Of a DNA stretch of 20,000 nt, positions 1 to 7,470 are shown piece by piece (the first letter of the stretch is position 1; each line of letters starts with the position of its first letter). This DNA comes from a bacterium (GTDB lineage: Bacteria > JADJOY01), in the NCBI GenBank assembly GCA_046331705.1, contig JAXLQJ010000035.1, positions 60,474-80,473 on the forward strand, given 5' to 3'. The position numbers and the translations under genes were made by a program. Under the pieces are notes generated by a model. That model worked only from the letters and a program-made list of their open reading frames with translations. It did no database searches and was not told the origin of the DNA.

Positions 1-372
1 GCGCTCGCCCGCCTCCTGGTACTTCCGCGCCACACGCGCGCGCGCACGAATCGTGTCGCCGGGCCACGTGAGGGCCGTGAACCGCACCCCCAGGTCGCGA
101 AGCTGGCGTGGATCCGCCCAGCTCGTGAGCAGCTCGCCGAGGAAACCCATCGAGAGCATCCCGTGGGCGAAGACGGACGGGTAGCCGGCGCTCTTCGCGA
201 ACGGCTCGTCGACGTGGATGGGATTGAAGTCGCCCGACGCGCCGGCGTACTTCACCAGTTGGATGCGCTCGATCGGGCCCTTGGTCAGCGGCGGCAGCTC
301 GTCGCCGACGGCGAGCGCGTCGTAGCTCGTGACCATCGCCGTGGGCTCGCGGCTCGATTCCCGGTTGCTCAT
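1..372 (-). CDS. MaoC-family (hotdog-fold) dehydratase, 3' end truncated by window edge
   Basis: Manual translation from ATG at 372: MSNRESSREPTAMVTSYDALAVGDELPPLTKGPIERIQLVKYAGASGDFNPIHVDEPFAKSAGYPSVFAHGMLSMGFLG...VRFTALTWPGD. Contains the hydratase motif SGDxNPIHxD and AHGM. Not in the ORF track because there is no stop in the window. Confidence 0.92.
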   Translation of the reverse strand, partial: MSNRESSREPTAMVTSYDALAVGDELPPLTKGPIERIQLVKYAGASGDFNPIHVDEPFAKSAGYPSVFAHGMLSMGFLGELLTSWADPRQLRDLGVRFTALTWPGDTIRARARVARKYQEAGER

Positions 373-435
373 GGGCGCCTCGTTCGTGGCCCGCGATGGA
401 CCGATGACGCGAGCCTGCCACGAGTCACGGCGCCG

Positions 436-485
436 TGTCGCACGTCGTTGCGACGCTTTCTGCAACGCGTTCGCAATCTGCGACA
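436..485. promoter_or_regulatory. Candidate enhancer (UAS) sites for a sigma54 activator
   Basis: Two related imperfect palindromes, TGTCGCA-cgtcgt-TGCGAC (436-454) and TCGCA-atc-TGCGACA (471-485), about 120-170 bp upstream of the -24 element at 605. Confidence 0.5.
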
Positions 486-602
486 TGCGTCACGGAAGCG
501 CTTCGCGACGCAATGCGCCGCGAAACGGCCGATCGATCGCCGTTTTCTCGTGATTTCCTGGCGATCGAAAACCTCGTCCCGATCGCGCCCGCATCGGCAC
601 GA

Positions 603-619
603 TTGGCACGAAGCTCGCT
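603..619 (+). promoter_or_regulatory. sigma54 (-24/-12) promoter
   Basis: TTGGCACGAAGCTCGCT: GG(605-606)-N10-GC(617-618), close to TGGCACG-N4-TTGC(A/T). Predicted TSS about 630. Confidence 0.75.
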
Positions 620-629
620 AACGGAACCA

Positions 630-810
630 CGTGCGAGCTCCCCAAGGCCCCGTCGGTAATCCTGGGGAAAACAAACAACAAACGGTTTCGCGAAGGGGGG
701 CCTTGGGTTTGCTGGAGGTGTCTTGGGGGGCCGCCCTTCTCTCTCCTGGGTCGATGTAGCCGGTCTCGCGTTGCGCCAAGGGCGAGTGGGATGACCACTC
801 GCCCTTCGTG
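630..810 (+). ncRNA. Putative sigma54-dependent small RNA (~180 nt)
   Basis: Lies between the sigma54 promoter and a 12-bp hairpin. Contains an 11-bp perfect stem CCCAAGGCCCC(641-651)/GGGGCCTTGGG(697-707) enclosing an A/C-rich loop. No credible + strand CDS before the convergent gene ending at 882. Confidence 0.55.
778..809. terminator. Terminator-like hairpin, possibly bidirectional
   Basis: Perfect inverted repeat AAGGGCGAGTGG(778-789)-GATGA-CCACTCGCCCTT(795-806) between the putative sRNA (+) and the transporter 3' end (-). U-tails are short. Confidence 0.65.
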
Positions 811-881
811 CATCTCGATTCCGTCGCACGGCGCCACGCGACGCCCGCACCCGATGGGTCCGCCCGCCCAGCGCTCGAGCC

Positions 882-2153
882 TCAACCGCCCACCAGCGCC
901 TCCAGCAAGAACCACCAGCCCACCGCGAACGCCAGGCTCACGAGTGCATACGGTGCGATCCGCGTCGCATGCGTGGCGAATCCGATCTCGGTGCCGTGAG
1001 CGCGCGCCTGCTCCACCACGATCAGATTCGCGATCGATCCGATCAGCAGCAGGTTTCCCGCATAGGTGCTGGTGAGCGCCAGCAGATACGCGAGCTCCGG
1101 CCGCCCCGCCGGCCACTCCGCCATCAGCAGCATCACCGCGGGAACGTTGCTCACCAGATTGCTCAGGACCACGCTCGCCGACGCGAGCACCGCGGGGCTG
1201 TGCAGCTCGAGGCCGGATGCGGCGAGCCAGCCCTCGACGGCCGTCATGCCGCCCGCCACGCGAAAACCCTCGATGAGCACGAACAGCGCGATGAAGAGCA
1301 GCAACAACGGCCAGTCCACCAACGACAGGAACTGGGGCGTGGTGAGACGACGACTGGTGAGCAGCACCGCAACCACGCCCAGGACCGATACCTCGCGCGG
1401 CACACGCGTGAAGAAGAGCACCACCAGCAACAGGGTGAGCAGCACCCCCTTGGTGGATTGGACGCGGTCGAACGGACGCGTCGAGGTCATCAGCTCGGGA
1501 TCGAGCGGCCAGTCGGCGACGTCGTGGGGTGCGTGCGCGCGCCCGGCGCGATCCGTCTCCAGGTCGCCGCGGCGCGCGAGCCAGACGTAGAGAAGCGCCA
1601 AGCTCACCAGCGAGGGCGGCCCGCACCACCCGAGAAAAGAGCCGAAATCGAGGTGGGCGCGCTGGCCGATGAACATGTTCTGCGGGTTGCCGATCACGGT
1701 GGCGGCGGAGCCCACGTTCGCCGCCGCCGCCAGTCCCAGCAGGAACGGCACCGGATTCCAGCCACGCCGCGCGGTGATCTCGAGCACGATGGGCGTCAGC
1801 ACCAGGCAGATGACGTCGTTCGAGAGCAGCGCCGAGAGCAGGGCGCTCGCGAGCAACGTGAACGCCAGGAAACCGCGTGCGCCGAGGCCGCTGCGCGCCG
1901 CGCGCAACGCCACCGCGCTGTAGAAGCCGCCGAGCCGGAACTGGGCGGAGAGCACCATCAGCCCGAAGAGCAGCACCAGCGTGCCGGCGTCGATCGCGTG
2001 CGTGGCCGCGGGGAACGAGATCGTGCCGGTGGCCACCATCAGCATCGCGCCGAGCAGCGCCACGCCGGTTCGATCGACGCCGAGTCCAGGGATCTCGCCG
2101 ATCGCGATGCCCACGTACGCGAGCACGAAGATCGCCACACCGAGGGTGTTCAT
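882..2153 (-). CDS. ArsB/NhaD (IT superfamily, SLC13/CitMHS-like, YbiR-type) anion transporter
   Basis: Highly hydrophobic. Motifs DRTGVALLGA, LSALLSNDVIC, AANVGSAATVIGNPQN, SNLVSNVPA, AGNLLLIGSIANLIV. Start at ATG 2153 (GTG 2165 is an alternative). Confidence 0.9.
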   Translation of the reverse strand: MNTLGVAIFVLAYVGIAIGEIPGLGVDRTGVALLGAMLMVATGTISFPAATHAIDAGTLVLLFGLMVLSAQFRLGGFYSAVALRAARSGLGARGFLAFTLLASALLSALLSNDVICLVLTPIVLEITARRGWNPVPFLLGLAAAANVGSAATVIGNPQNMFIGQRAHLDFGSFLGWCGPPSLVSLALLYVWLARRGDLETDRAGRAHAPHDVADWPLDPELMTSTRPFDRVQSTKGVLLTLLLVVLFFTRVPREVSVLGVVAVLLTSRRLTTPQFLSLVDWPLLLLFIALFVLIEGFRVAGGMTAVEGWLAASGLELHSPAVLASASVVLSNLVSNVPAVMLLMAEWPAGRPELAYLLALTSTYAGNLLLIGSIANLIVVEQARAHGTEIGFATHATRIAPYALVSLAFAVGWWFLLEALVGG

Positions 2154-2329
2154 GGCGTCGACCACCGAGAGCGAACGAGACGCCGAAACGTAGCTCCGCG
2201 CGCGTCGCCCAACCCGGTCGGCGCGGGCGAGGCGCCCGCCAGCGACGCGCCGCGCCGCCGGCGGGCGCGGCGGCGGCCGGTTACGTTGCCTCGGCCACGC
2301 GAGTCACAGCACCCCGCGGGGACGCGCGC

Positions 2330-2809
2330 ATGCCGCCACTCAAACGCGACCCGAGCCTCATCGCGCTGTCGCGCGACCACCATCAAGGGCTGCTGCGCGT
2401 CTTCTTCCTGCGCCAGGCACTGCGCGCGGGAAGCGGTCTCGACCATCAAGCGAACGTCACCCGCGCGTTCTTCGAGAGCGAGCTGGTGCCGCATTTCCGG
2501 GCCGAGGAAGACGTGCTCTTCCCGTTGCTCCGGCCGCTCCTCGACGCGGGCGACGATCTGATCGATCGCCTGGTGGCCGAGCATCGCGAGCTCGAGGCGC
2601 TCAGCCGCGCGCTCGACGGCACGGCCGAGGCGCTCGCACGCTACGCCGAGCTTCTCGAGCGCCACATCCGTACCGAGGAACGGGTGCTCTTCGAGCTCTA
2701 TCAGGCGCGCGTGCCGGCCACGGAGCGCGCGGCCGTCGGGCAAGCACTGGCGCGAGCGACGGAGCGCGGCGACGAGCGCACCGAGAGCTGCGCGCGCCCC
2801 GGCGGCTGA
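2330..2809 (+). CDS. Hemerythrin (HHE cation-binding) domain protein
   Basis: MPPLKRDPSLIALSRDHHQGL...HFRAEE...EHREL...HIRTEERVLF shows the H, HxxxE, H, HxxxE pattern. ATG at 2330 is preceded by GGGGA. Confidence 0.88.
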   Translation: MPPLKRDPSLIALSRDHHQGLLRVFFLRQALRAGSGLDHQANVTRAFFESELVPHFRAEEDVLFPLLRPLLDAGDDLIDRLVAEHRELEALSRALDGTAEALARYAELLERHIRTEERVLFELYQARVPATERAAVGQALARATERGDERTESCARPGG

Positions 2810-2813
2810 CGCG

Positions 2814-3671
2814 TCACGCGAGCTTGAAGATCCGCCGTGCGTTGTCGCGGAAGAAGAGCCGCTCGCTCTCCTCGCCGAGCCCCAGCTCGAGCGCCTGCTG
2901 GACCGCCTTGTGGAACATGAGCTGGGGGAAGTTGGTGCCGAAGAGCACCTTGTCCTTGCCGTAGGTCTTGGCGAAGTGGACGAGCTGCTGCGGGTAGTAG
3001 CGCGGTAGATACGCGGAGGTGTCGATGTAGACGTGCTCGTGCTTCCACGCGAGCCCGATCATCTCGTCCGTCCACGGATAGCCGATGTGCCCGCCGACGA
3101 TCTTGAGCTCGGGGAACTTGAGCGCGATCTCGTCGATGTAGGGAATGGGACGACCGGTCTCCGACGGCATGAGCGGACCGGTATGCCCCACCTGCGTGCA
3201 GAACGGGATGTCGAGATCGATGCACTTCACGTAGAGCGGCCAGTAGTGCTTGTCGTTGGGCGGCAGGCTCCAGAGCCACGGGATCACCCGCAGCGCCTTG
3301 AATCCCAGGTGTTTGATGGCGCGATCCAGCTCGCGCACGGCGGCCATCGGTTTCTCCAGATCCACCGCGGCCACCCCGACGAAGCGCGTCGGATGACGCG
3401 CCACCCATTCGGCGATCTCGTCGTTGGTCGCGACCCAGCAGCTCGGTCGGCACCACGCGCACAGCAACAGCTGCTCGACACCCGCGAGATCCATGAGCTG
3501 AACGACGTCGTCGGGAGTGAGGCCGGTCGCCGCCATGTCCTCGGGCACGCCGGACTTCTTGAACAACCGCGTGATCTCGGGCAGCCGCTCGAACATGGAC
3601 CGCAGCGCGGGCTGCGCCCAGGCATCGATGGCGCGCGGGGCGGGGATCGCGGGCGTGGTCGGCTCGGTCAT
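2814..3671 (-). CDS. Amidohydrolase-2 family protein
   Basis: NDEIAEWVARHPTRFVG, YWPLYVKC, FPELKIVGGHIGYPW, VYIDTSAY, KVLFGTNFP, NARRIF. SD (AGGAG) upstream of the ATG. Confidence 0.92.
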   Translation of the reverse strand: MTEPTTPAIPAPRAIDAWAQPALRSMFERLPEITRLFKKSGVPEDMAATGLTPDDVVQLMDLAGVEQLLLCAWCRPSCWVATNDEIAEWVARHPTRFVGVAAVDLEKPMAAVRELDRAIKHLGFKALRVIPWLWSLPPNDKHYWPLYVKCIDLDIPFCTQVGHTGPLMPSETGRPIPYIDEIALKFPELKIVGGHIGYPWTDEMIGLAWKHEHVYIDTSAYLPRYYPQQLVHFAKTYGKDKVLFGTNFPQLMFHKAVQQALELGLGEESERLFFRDNARRIFKLA

Positions 3672-3732
3672 GATCTCCTCGAACGAAGGACGGGGCAGGG
3701 GTCCGTGGTGGCGGGTGCGGGGGCCACGGGGC

Positions 3733-4212
3733 TCAAGTCACGGTTCCGAATCGAGCGCGCAACCGCCGGTGACGATGCGCGAAGAGAAACCCGACGACGG
3801 CGCGCGAGGCGCCGAGCATCCACGGGAATCGCGGCACGAAGCACAGCCGGTCCACGATCCGGCAGCCACCCGCGATCGGCGTGAGCGTGCGCTCGTGCTC
3901 CCAGCTGCGCTGGGTCGCGAGCGCGGAGCGTTCCAGGAAGCGTCGTCCCGGCTCGAGCTCGACGAGCGTCAGGTCGTCGTAATCCACGGGCAAGACGCCG
4001 CCCAGCAGGACCCAGCTTCGGAACAAGCGCTGGCCGAGCGGCACCGTCGCCGGCGTCAGCTCGCGCGCGTGCGCCGGGTAGGTCATCCGGCAGAGCGGCA
4101 TCAGCTCGAAATTGACGCCCTCGAGGCTCGACGCGTGCGCCCACAACCGCGCGGCGTCCACCGCGAGCAGCGACTCGATCTCGAACGAACCCGAAGCCTG
4201 ACCGGCGCCCAT
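3733..4212 (-). CDS. SRPBCC/START-like (Bet v1 fold) protein
   Basis: EGVNFELMP, LFRSWVLLGGVLPVDYD, RFLERS, WEHERTL, GCRIVDRLCF, LFAHRHRRL. Confidence 0.8.
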   Translation of the reverse strand: MGAGQASGSFEIESLLAVDAARLWAHASSLEGVNFELMPLCRMTYPAHARELTPATVPLGQRLFRSWVLLGGVLPVDYDDLTLVELEPGRRFLERSALATQRSWEHERTLTPIAGGCRIVDRLCFVPRFPWMLGASRAVVGFLFAHRHRRLRARFGTVT

Positions 4213-4323
4213 GGCCGCGCGATCATAACCCTCGAAGCCGCCCCTGCCCTCCCGCGGACGACCCCCGCGGACGATGACGGATGCGGGGTGCGCCCGCCCC
4301 CCTGGCGCACCCGCGACGACCGC

Positions 4324-5331
4324 TCAATCCCTGGCGGCGCGTCGCTTCCCGCGAGCGTGGCCGCCGGAGCGGATCACGCTCGGAGGCGTCAGCTCGCTCA
4401 GCTCCGCGCCCGGTGGCAGCACCCGCACTCCCGCGTCGGTCAATGCGCGCACGTCGCCGCCTGCGCCGAGCCCGCCCAACCAGAAGTCGGTCTTGCCGCG
4501 CCTGCGGCGGACCAGCTCGACCAACCGGGGCGCGTGCAGCGCCAACAACGCCTCGCGGGTGGCCGAGAGCGCCACGACGGCGGGCCGCGCCTGCTCGCAA
4601 GCGCGCTCGAGGTCCTCAAGCGGCAAGCTCTGGCCGAGGTAGAGCACCCGGTGCCCGTGCTGGGCGAGATGGATCGCGACGGCGAGCGCCCCGACCTCGT
4701 GCTGCTCGTCGGGCAAGCACGCCACCAGCGCCAGCGGAGCGGCGGGGTCGGCCACCGGCTGCGCCGCGAGCAGACCGTTGAGACGCGCGGCGAAGGCGGC
4801 GGACGCGAGGTGCTCCGAGGCGACGCTGAGCTTGCCTGCCGCCCACAGCTCGCCGATCTCGGCCGCCGCCGGGCGGATCACGAGCGGCAGGATCTGGGCC
4901 TCGGAAACGCCGCCGAAGGCGCGGTCGAGGGCGGCGTCGAGCGAGCGCGCATCGAGCGCGCGCGCCGCGTCGACGATCGAGCGGCGGAGCTCCTCCAGCA
5001 AGCCCGGTGAGAGCGCCGAGCGCGGCTCGGGCTCGTTCCCAGACGCGAGCTCCTTCCGCGGCCGTGCTTGCAGGCGCTCGCCCAGCTGGGCCTCCGCCAG
5101 GATCCGGTCTCGCCCTAGCACCGCGATCTCGCCGATCGAATGGCCGAGCTCGAGGCGCTCGCGGACGCGCTCCAGCACACGCAGATCGGTCTCGGTGTAG
5201 AGCCGGTGGCCGCTCGGCATCCGAACCGGCACCAAGAACTTGTGGCGCATCTCCCACGCGCGCAGCACCGCGGGCGAGAAGCCCGTGAGCCGCGACACCG
5301 TCTTCATCTTGTAGAGACCGCGTTCCTTCAA
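4324..5331 (-). CDS. CarH/LitR-type MerR-family regulator with cobalamin-binding domain (probable AdoCbl photoreceptor-repressor)
   Basis: N-terminal MerR HTH (VSRLTG..LRAWEMRH..P.R..SGHRLY), W-x9-EH motif (WAAGKLSVASEH), E-x-H-x2-G (EQHEVG), YLG and S-x-T. TTG start has a GGAGG SD. Confidence 0.9.
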   Translation of the reverse strand: MKERGLYKMKTVSRLTGFSPAVLRAWEMRHKFLVPVRMPSGHRLYTETDLRVLERVRERLELGHSIGEIAVLGRDRILAEAQLGERLQARPRKELASGNEPEPRSALSPGLLEELRRSIVDAARALDARSLDAALDRAFGGVSEAQILPLVIRPAAAEIGELWAAGKLSVASEHLASAAFAARLNGLLAAQPVADPAAPLALVACLPDEQHEVGALAVAIHLAQHGHRVLYLGQSLPLEDLERACEQARPAVVALSATREALLALHAPRLVELVRRRRGKTDFWLGGLGAGGDVRALTDAGVRVLPPGAELSELTPPSVIRSGGHARGKRRAARD

Positions 5332-5404
5332 CCCGCCCTCCCCAAACGCAACGCGCGGCGCATCTCGTCGCCGCCGTGGACGAGGCTAGCACGGCATCCC
5401 ATAC

Positions 5405-5459
5405 GATCACAACAAAATCTCGACAAATCATTGACGCACGGCGGAGCGATGGATACGTT
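5405..5459 (+). promoter_or_regulatory. sigma70-type promoter overlapped by 11-bp-periodic repeats (candidate CarH operator)
   Basis: TTGACG(5431-5436)-N17-TACGTT(5454-5459). Repeats GATCACAACAA / AATCTCGACAA / ATCATTGACGC at 5405-5437 place ACA/ACA/ACG 11 bp apart. Confidence 0.6.
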
Positions 5460-5467
5460 TCGGCGGC

Positions 5468-5929
5468 ATGGGCTCGTCGCACCTGCTCGAACGCCGCCAG
5501 ACGGTTCCCCAACCGCTCGATCGCGTCTTCCCGTTCTTCGCCGACGCCGGAAACCTGCAGGCGATCACTCCCGCGTTCCTGCATTTTCGCTTCCGGACCC
5601 CGCTGCCCATCGAGATGCGGCCGGGCGCGCTGATCGACTACGAGATCCGGCTCTTCGGCGCGCCGATGCGCTGGCGAACACGGATCGCCGCGTTCGAGCC
5701 ACCCCATCGGTTCGTGGACGAGCAGCTCCGCGGGCCCTATCGAACCTGGGTCCACACTCACGAGTTTCACGAGGTCGAGGGCGGGACGCTCATCGTCGAT
5801 CGCGTCCAGTACCAGCTTCCGTTGGGCCTCCTCGGGGACCTCGCGCACGCGCTGTGGGTGCGGCGCACGCTGGAGCGAATCTTCGACCATCGCGGCACCG
5901 TGATCGCCGAACGCTTCGGGCGCGCCTGA
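5468..5929 (+). CDS. SRPBCC family protein (type often found near photolyase/carotenoid genes)
   Basis: VFPFFADAGNLQAITP, GALIDYEIRLFGAPMRWRTRI, FVDEQLRGPY..WVHTHEF, GTLIVDRVQY, IFDHR. Confidence 0.9.
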   Translation: MGSSHLLERRQTVPQPLDRVFPFFADAGNLQAITPAFLHFRFRTPLPIEMRPGALIDYEIRLFGAPMRWRTRIAAFEPPHRFVDEQLRGPYRTWVHTHEFHEVEGGTLIVDRVQYQLPLGLLGDLAHALWVRRTLERIFDHRGTVIAERFGRA

Positions 5930-6072
5930 GGCCCAGCACCCGCCGCCGGGCAACGGTGCGAAGGGGATCTCGCCCGAAACCCTGGCAGCGGCGCCGAGCC
6001 TCCCTCGCGTCCGCGCAGCTCGCGCGGCGCGCCGCGCGGACGTCGCTTCCTCGGCGACGCGCGGAGCCCGGT

Positions 6073-7053
6073 TCACTGCGCGGGGCACGGGCTCGACTGC
6101 GCTCGCAAGACCTCCGGATAAGGCCAGAAGAACGCCTGCGCACGCAGGTAGGGAACCTCGAACTGCTCGACCCAGCTCCGCACGGTGAAGAAGGTTGCGC
6201 CGCGCTCCCCGCTCTCGCGCATCGCGTCCGCGAGCCGCTCGGCGAGAGCGGCGCGCTCGCGGTCCGGCACTCGCTCCCGAAAGTAGCCGAGCGCGTGCAT
6301 GAGCGCGTTCACCCAGCCGAACGCGCTGGGCGGCGCGAGCAGCGCTGCGCGAAACCCAGCGCCGTACTCGCTCCAGACGTCCCCCATGGCGCGCGCCGAG
6401 GCGTTCGCCACTCGCGCGCCGAGGGACCGCAGCGCGGGCTCGTTCCACGCCAGCAGCAACAGCTTGTGCTCGGCGTGAAACCGTCCCAGCGCGGCGCTCG
6501 TGCCCACGCGAGCGGCGTCGCGCAACCGCGCCAGCGTCCACGCTCGAGTGAGGAAGCGGTGGCGCGAGTCGGGATCGTCGAGCGCGCGCTCGTCGACCAC
6601 CGGCACGTCCGTGGCCCGTCGCAGCCATGCTTCCGCGAAGACGCCCACGCCACCGCTGTGCGGCTCCTCGGCCTCCATCGAGGCGAAGACTTTCACGTCG
6701 CCGATGCCACACGAAGGCGAGCGCGCCTTGAGGACGACGCCGTCGATCTCGCCTGCCGACGACTCGAACGACGCACCGAATCCCTCCATCGCCGCCGTGA
6801 GGTCCCGACCGGTGCGCGGTTGAACCAAGCGCCGCTGCTCGGAGCCGGCGCGTACGATCCGAATCGGGTCGCGCGGCACGCCGAGGCCCACGGCGACCTC
6901 CGGGCACACGTCGACGAGCTCGGCGTGCGTGGCGAGCAGGGCGATCGTGGGCGCCGCCACGATGCCACCGTCGTAGCGGCACGCCTCGAGGTCGAGGCAG
7001 CGGCTGACGACGATTCGCGGGCGCGACCCGGAGGCCGGTCCCCGATCGCTCAT
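6073..7053 (-). CDS. ybgA: DUF523 (TudS-like Fe-S desulfidase) + DUF1722 fusion, YbgA/RudS-like
   Basis: SRCL..CRYDGG, VCPEVAVGLGVPR, LKARSPSCG, then DUF1722 features FHAEHKLLLLA, NALMHALGYF, YLRAQAFFWPYP. ATGA overlap with the upstream cbiX-like gene. Confidence 0.9.
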   Translation of the reverse strand: MSDRGPASGSRPRIVVSRCLDLEACRYDGGIVAAPTIALLATHAELVDVCPEVAVGLGVPRDPIRIVRAGSEQRRLVQPRTGRDLTAAMEGFGASFESSAGEIDGVVLKARSPSCGIGDVKVFASMEAEEPHSGGVGVFAEAWLRRATDVPVVDERALDDPDSRHRFLTRAWTLARLRDAARVGTSAALGRFHAEHKLLLLAWNEPALRSLGARVANASARAMGDVWSEYGAGFRAALLAPPSAFGWVNALMHALGYFRERVPDRERAALAERLADAMRESGERGATFFTVRSWVEQFEVPYLRAQAFFWPYPEVLRAQSSPCPAQ

Positions 7054-7451
7054 CGCTCGGCGGTGGGCGAGGCGTGCGACTCGATCAGCTCGCGCGCGAT
7101 CGCCTCGATCGCCGCCACCACCCGCGGCGCCTCGCCGATGGCGCCCGCGACCTCGACGACCAGCCCCGGATGGCGCGCCTCGACCCGGCGCGCGAGCACC
7201 GGGATGTCCTGATCGACGTGTCCGCCGCCCGCCATGAAGAGCGGCAAGATGGAGAGCCGCGCGACGCCGTCGCGCTGCGCCTCCGCGGCGACGTCGTCGA
7301 GCGACGGCGCGGCGAACTCCATGTACGCGAGGCGCACGCGTTCACCGCCGAGGTCTCGCGCCAGCGTGGCCGCGAGCCGCTCGAACGGCGCCCGCCAGCG
7401 CGGGTCGCGACTACCGTGAGCCATCAGCACCACGCGGGTCGTTCCGGCCAC
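7050..7451 (-). CDS. cbiX: Short CbiX/SirB-family sirohydrochlorin chelatase-like protein
   Basis: 133 aa: LMAHGSRDPRW, AYMEFAAPSL, PLFMAGGGHVDQDIP. Both metal-ligand His are present. Confidence 0.85.
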   Translation of the reverse strand: MAGTTRVVLMAHGSRDPRWRAPFERLAATLARDLGGERVRLAYMEFAAPSLDDVAAEAQRDGVARLSILPLFMAGGGHVDQDIPVLARRVEARHPGLVVEVAGAIGEAPRVVAAIEAIARELIESHASPTAER

Positions 7452-7470
7452 CAGCGATTCTCCCCGCCGC

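Noticed and set aside
723-794. 23-aa ORF (TTG...TGA, MGGRPSLSWVDVAGLALRQGRVG) inside the putative sRNA
   Set aside because: GGAGGTG is only 2 nt from a TTG start and the stop falls in the terminator loop. It cannot be fully excluded without ribosome profiling.
163-1629. ORFs 163..621(+), 425..850(-), 490..1629(-), 791..1075(+)
   Set aside because: Arg/Pro/Ala-rich shadow frames of GC-rich DNA with no domain motifs. They overlap real genes or regulatory elements.
3517-7212. Long ORFs 3517..5010(+), 4616..6982(-), 5140..7212(+)
   Set aside because: Antisense or alternate-frame shadows across several motif-bearing genes.
5332-7470. Cobalamin riboswitch near the B12-related genes
   Set aside because: No recognisable B12-box or conserved core in the intergenic gaps.
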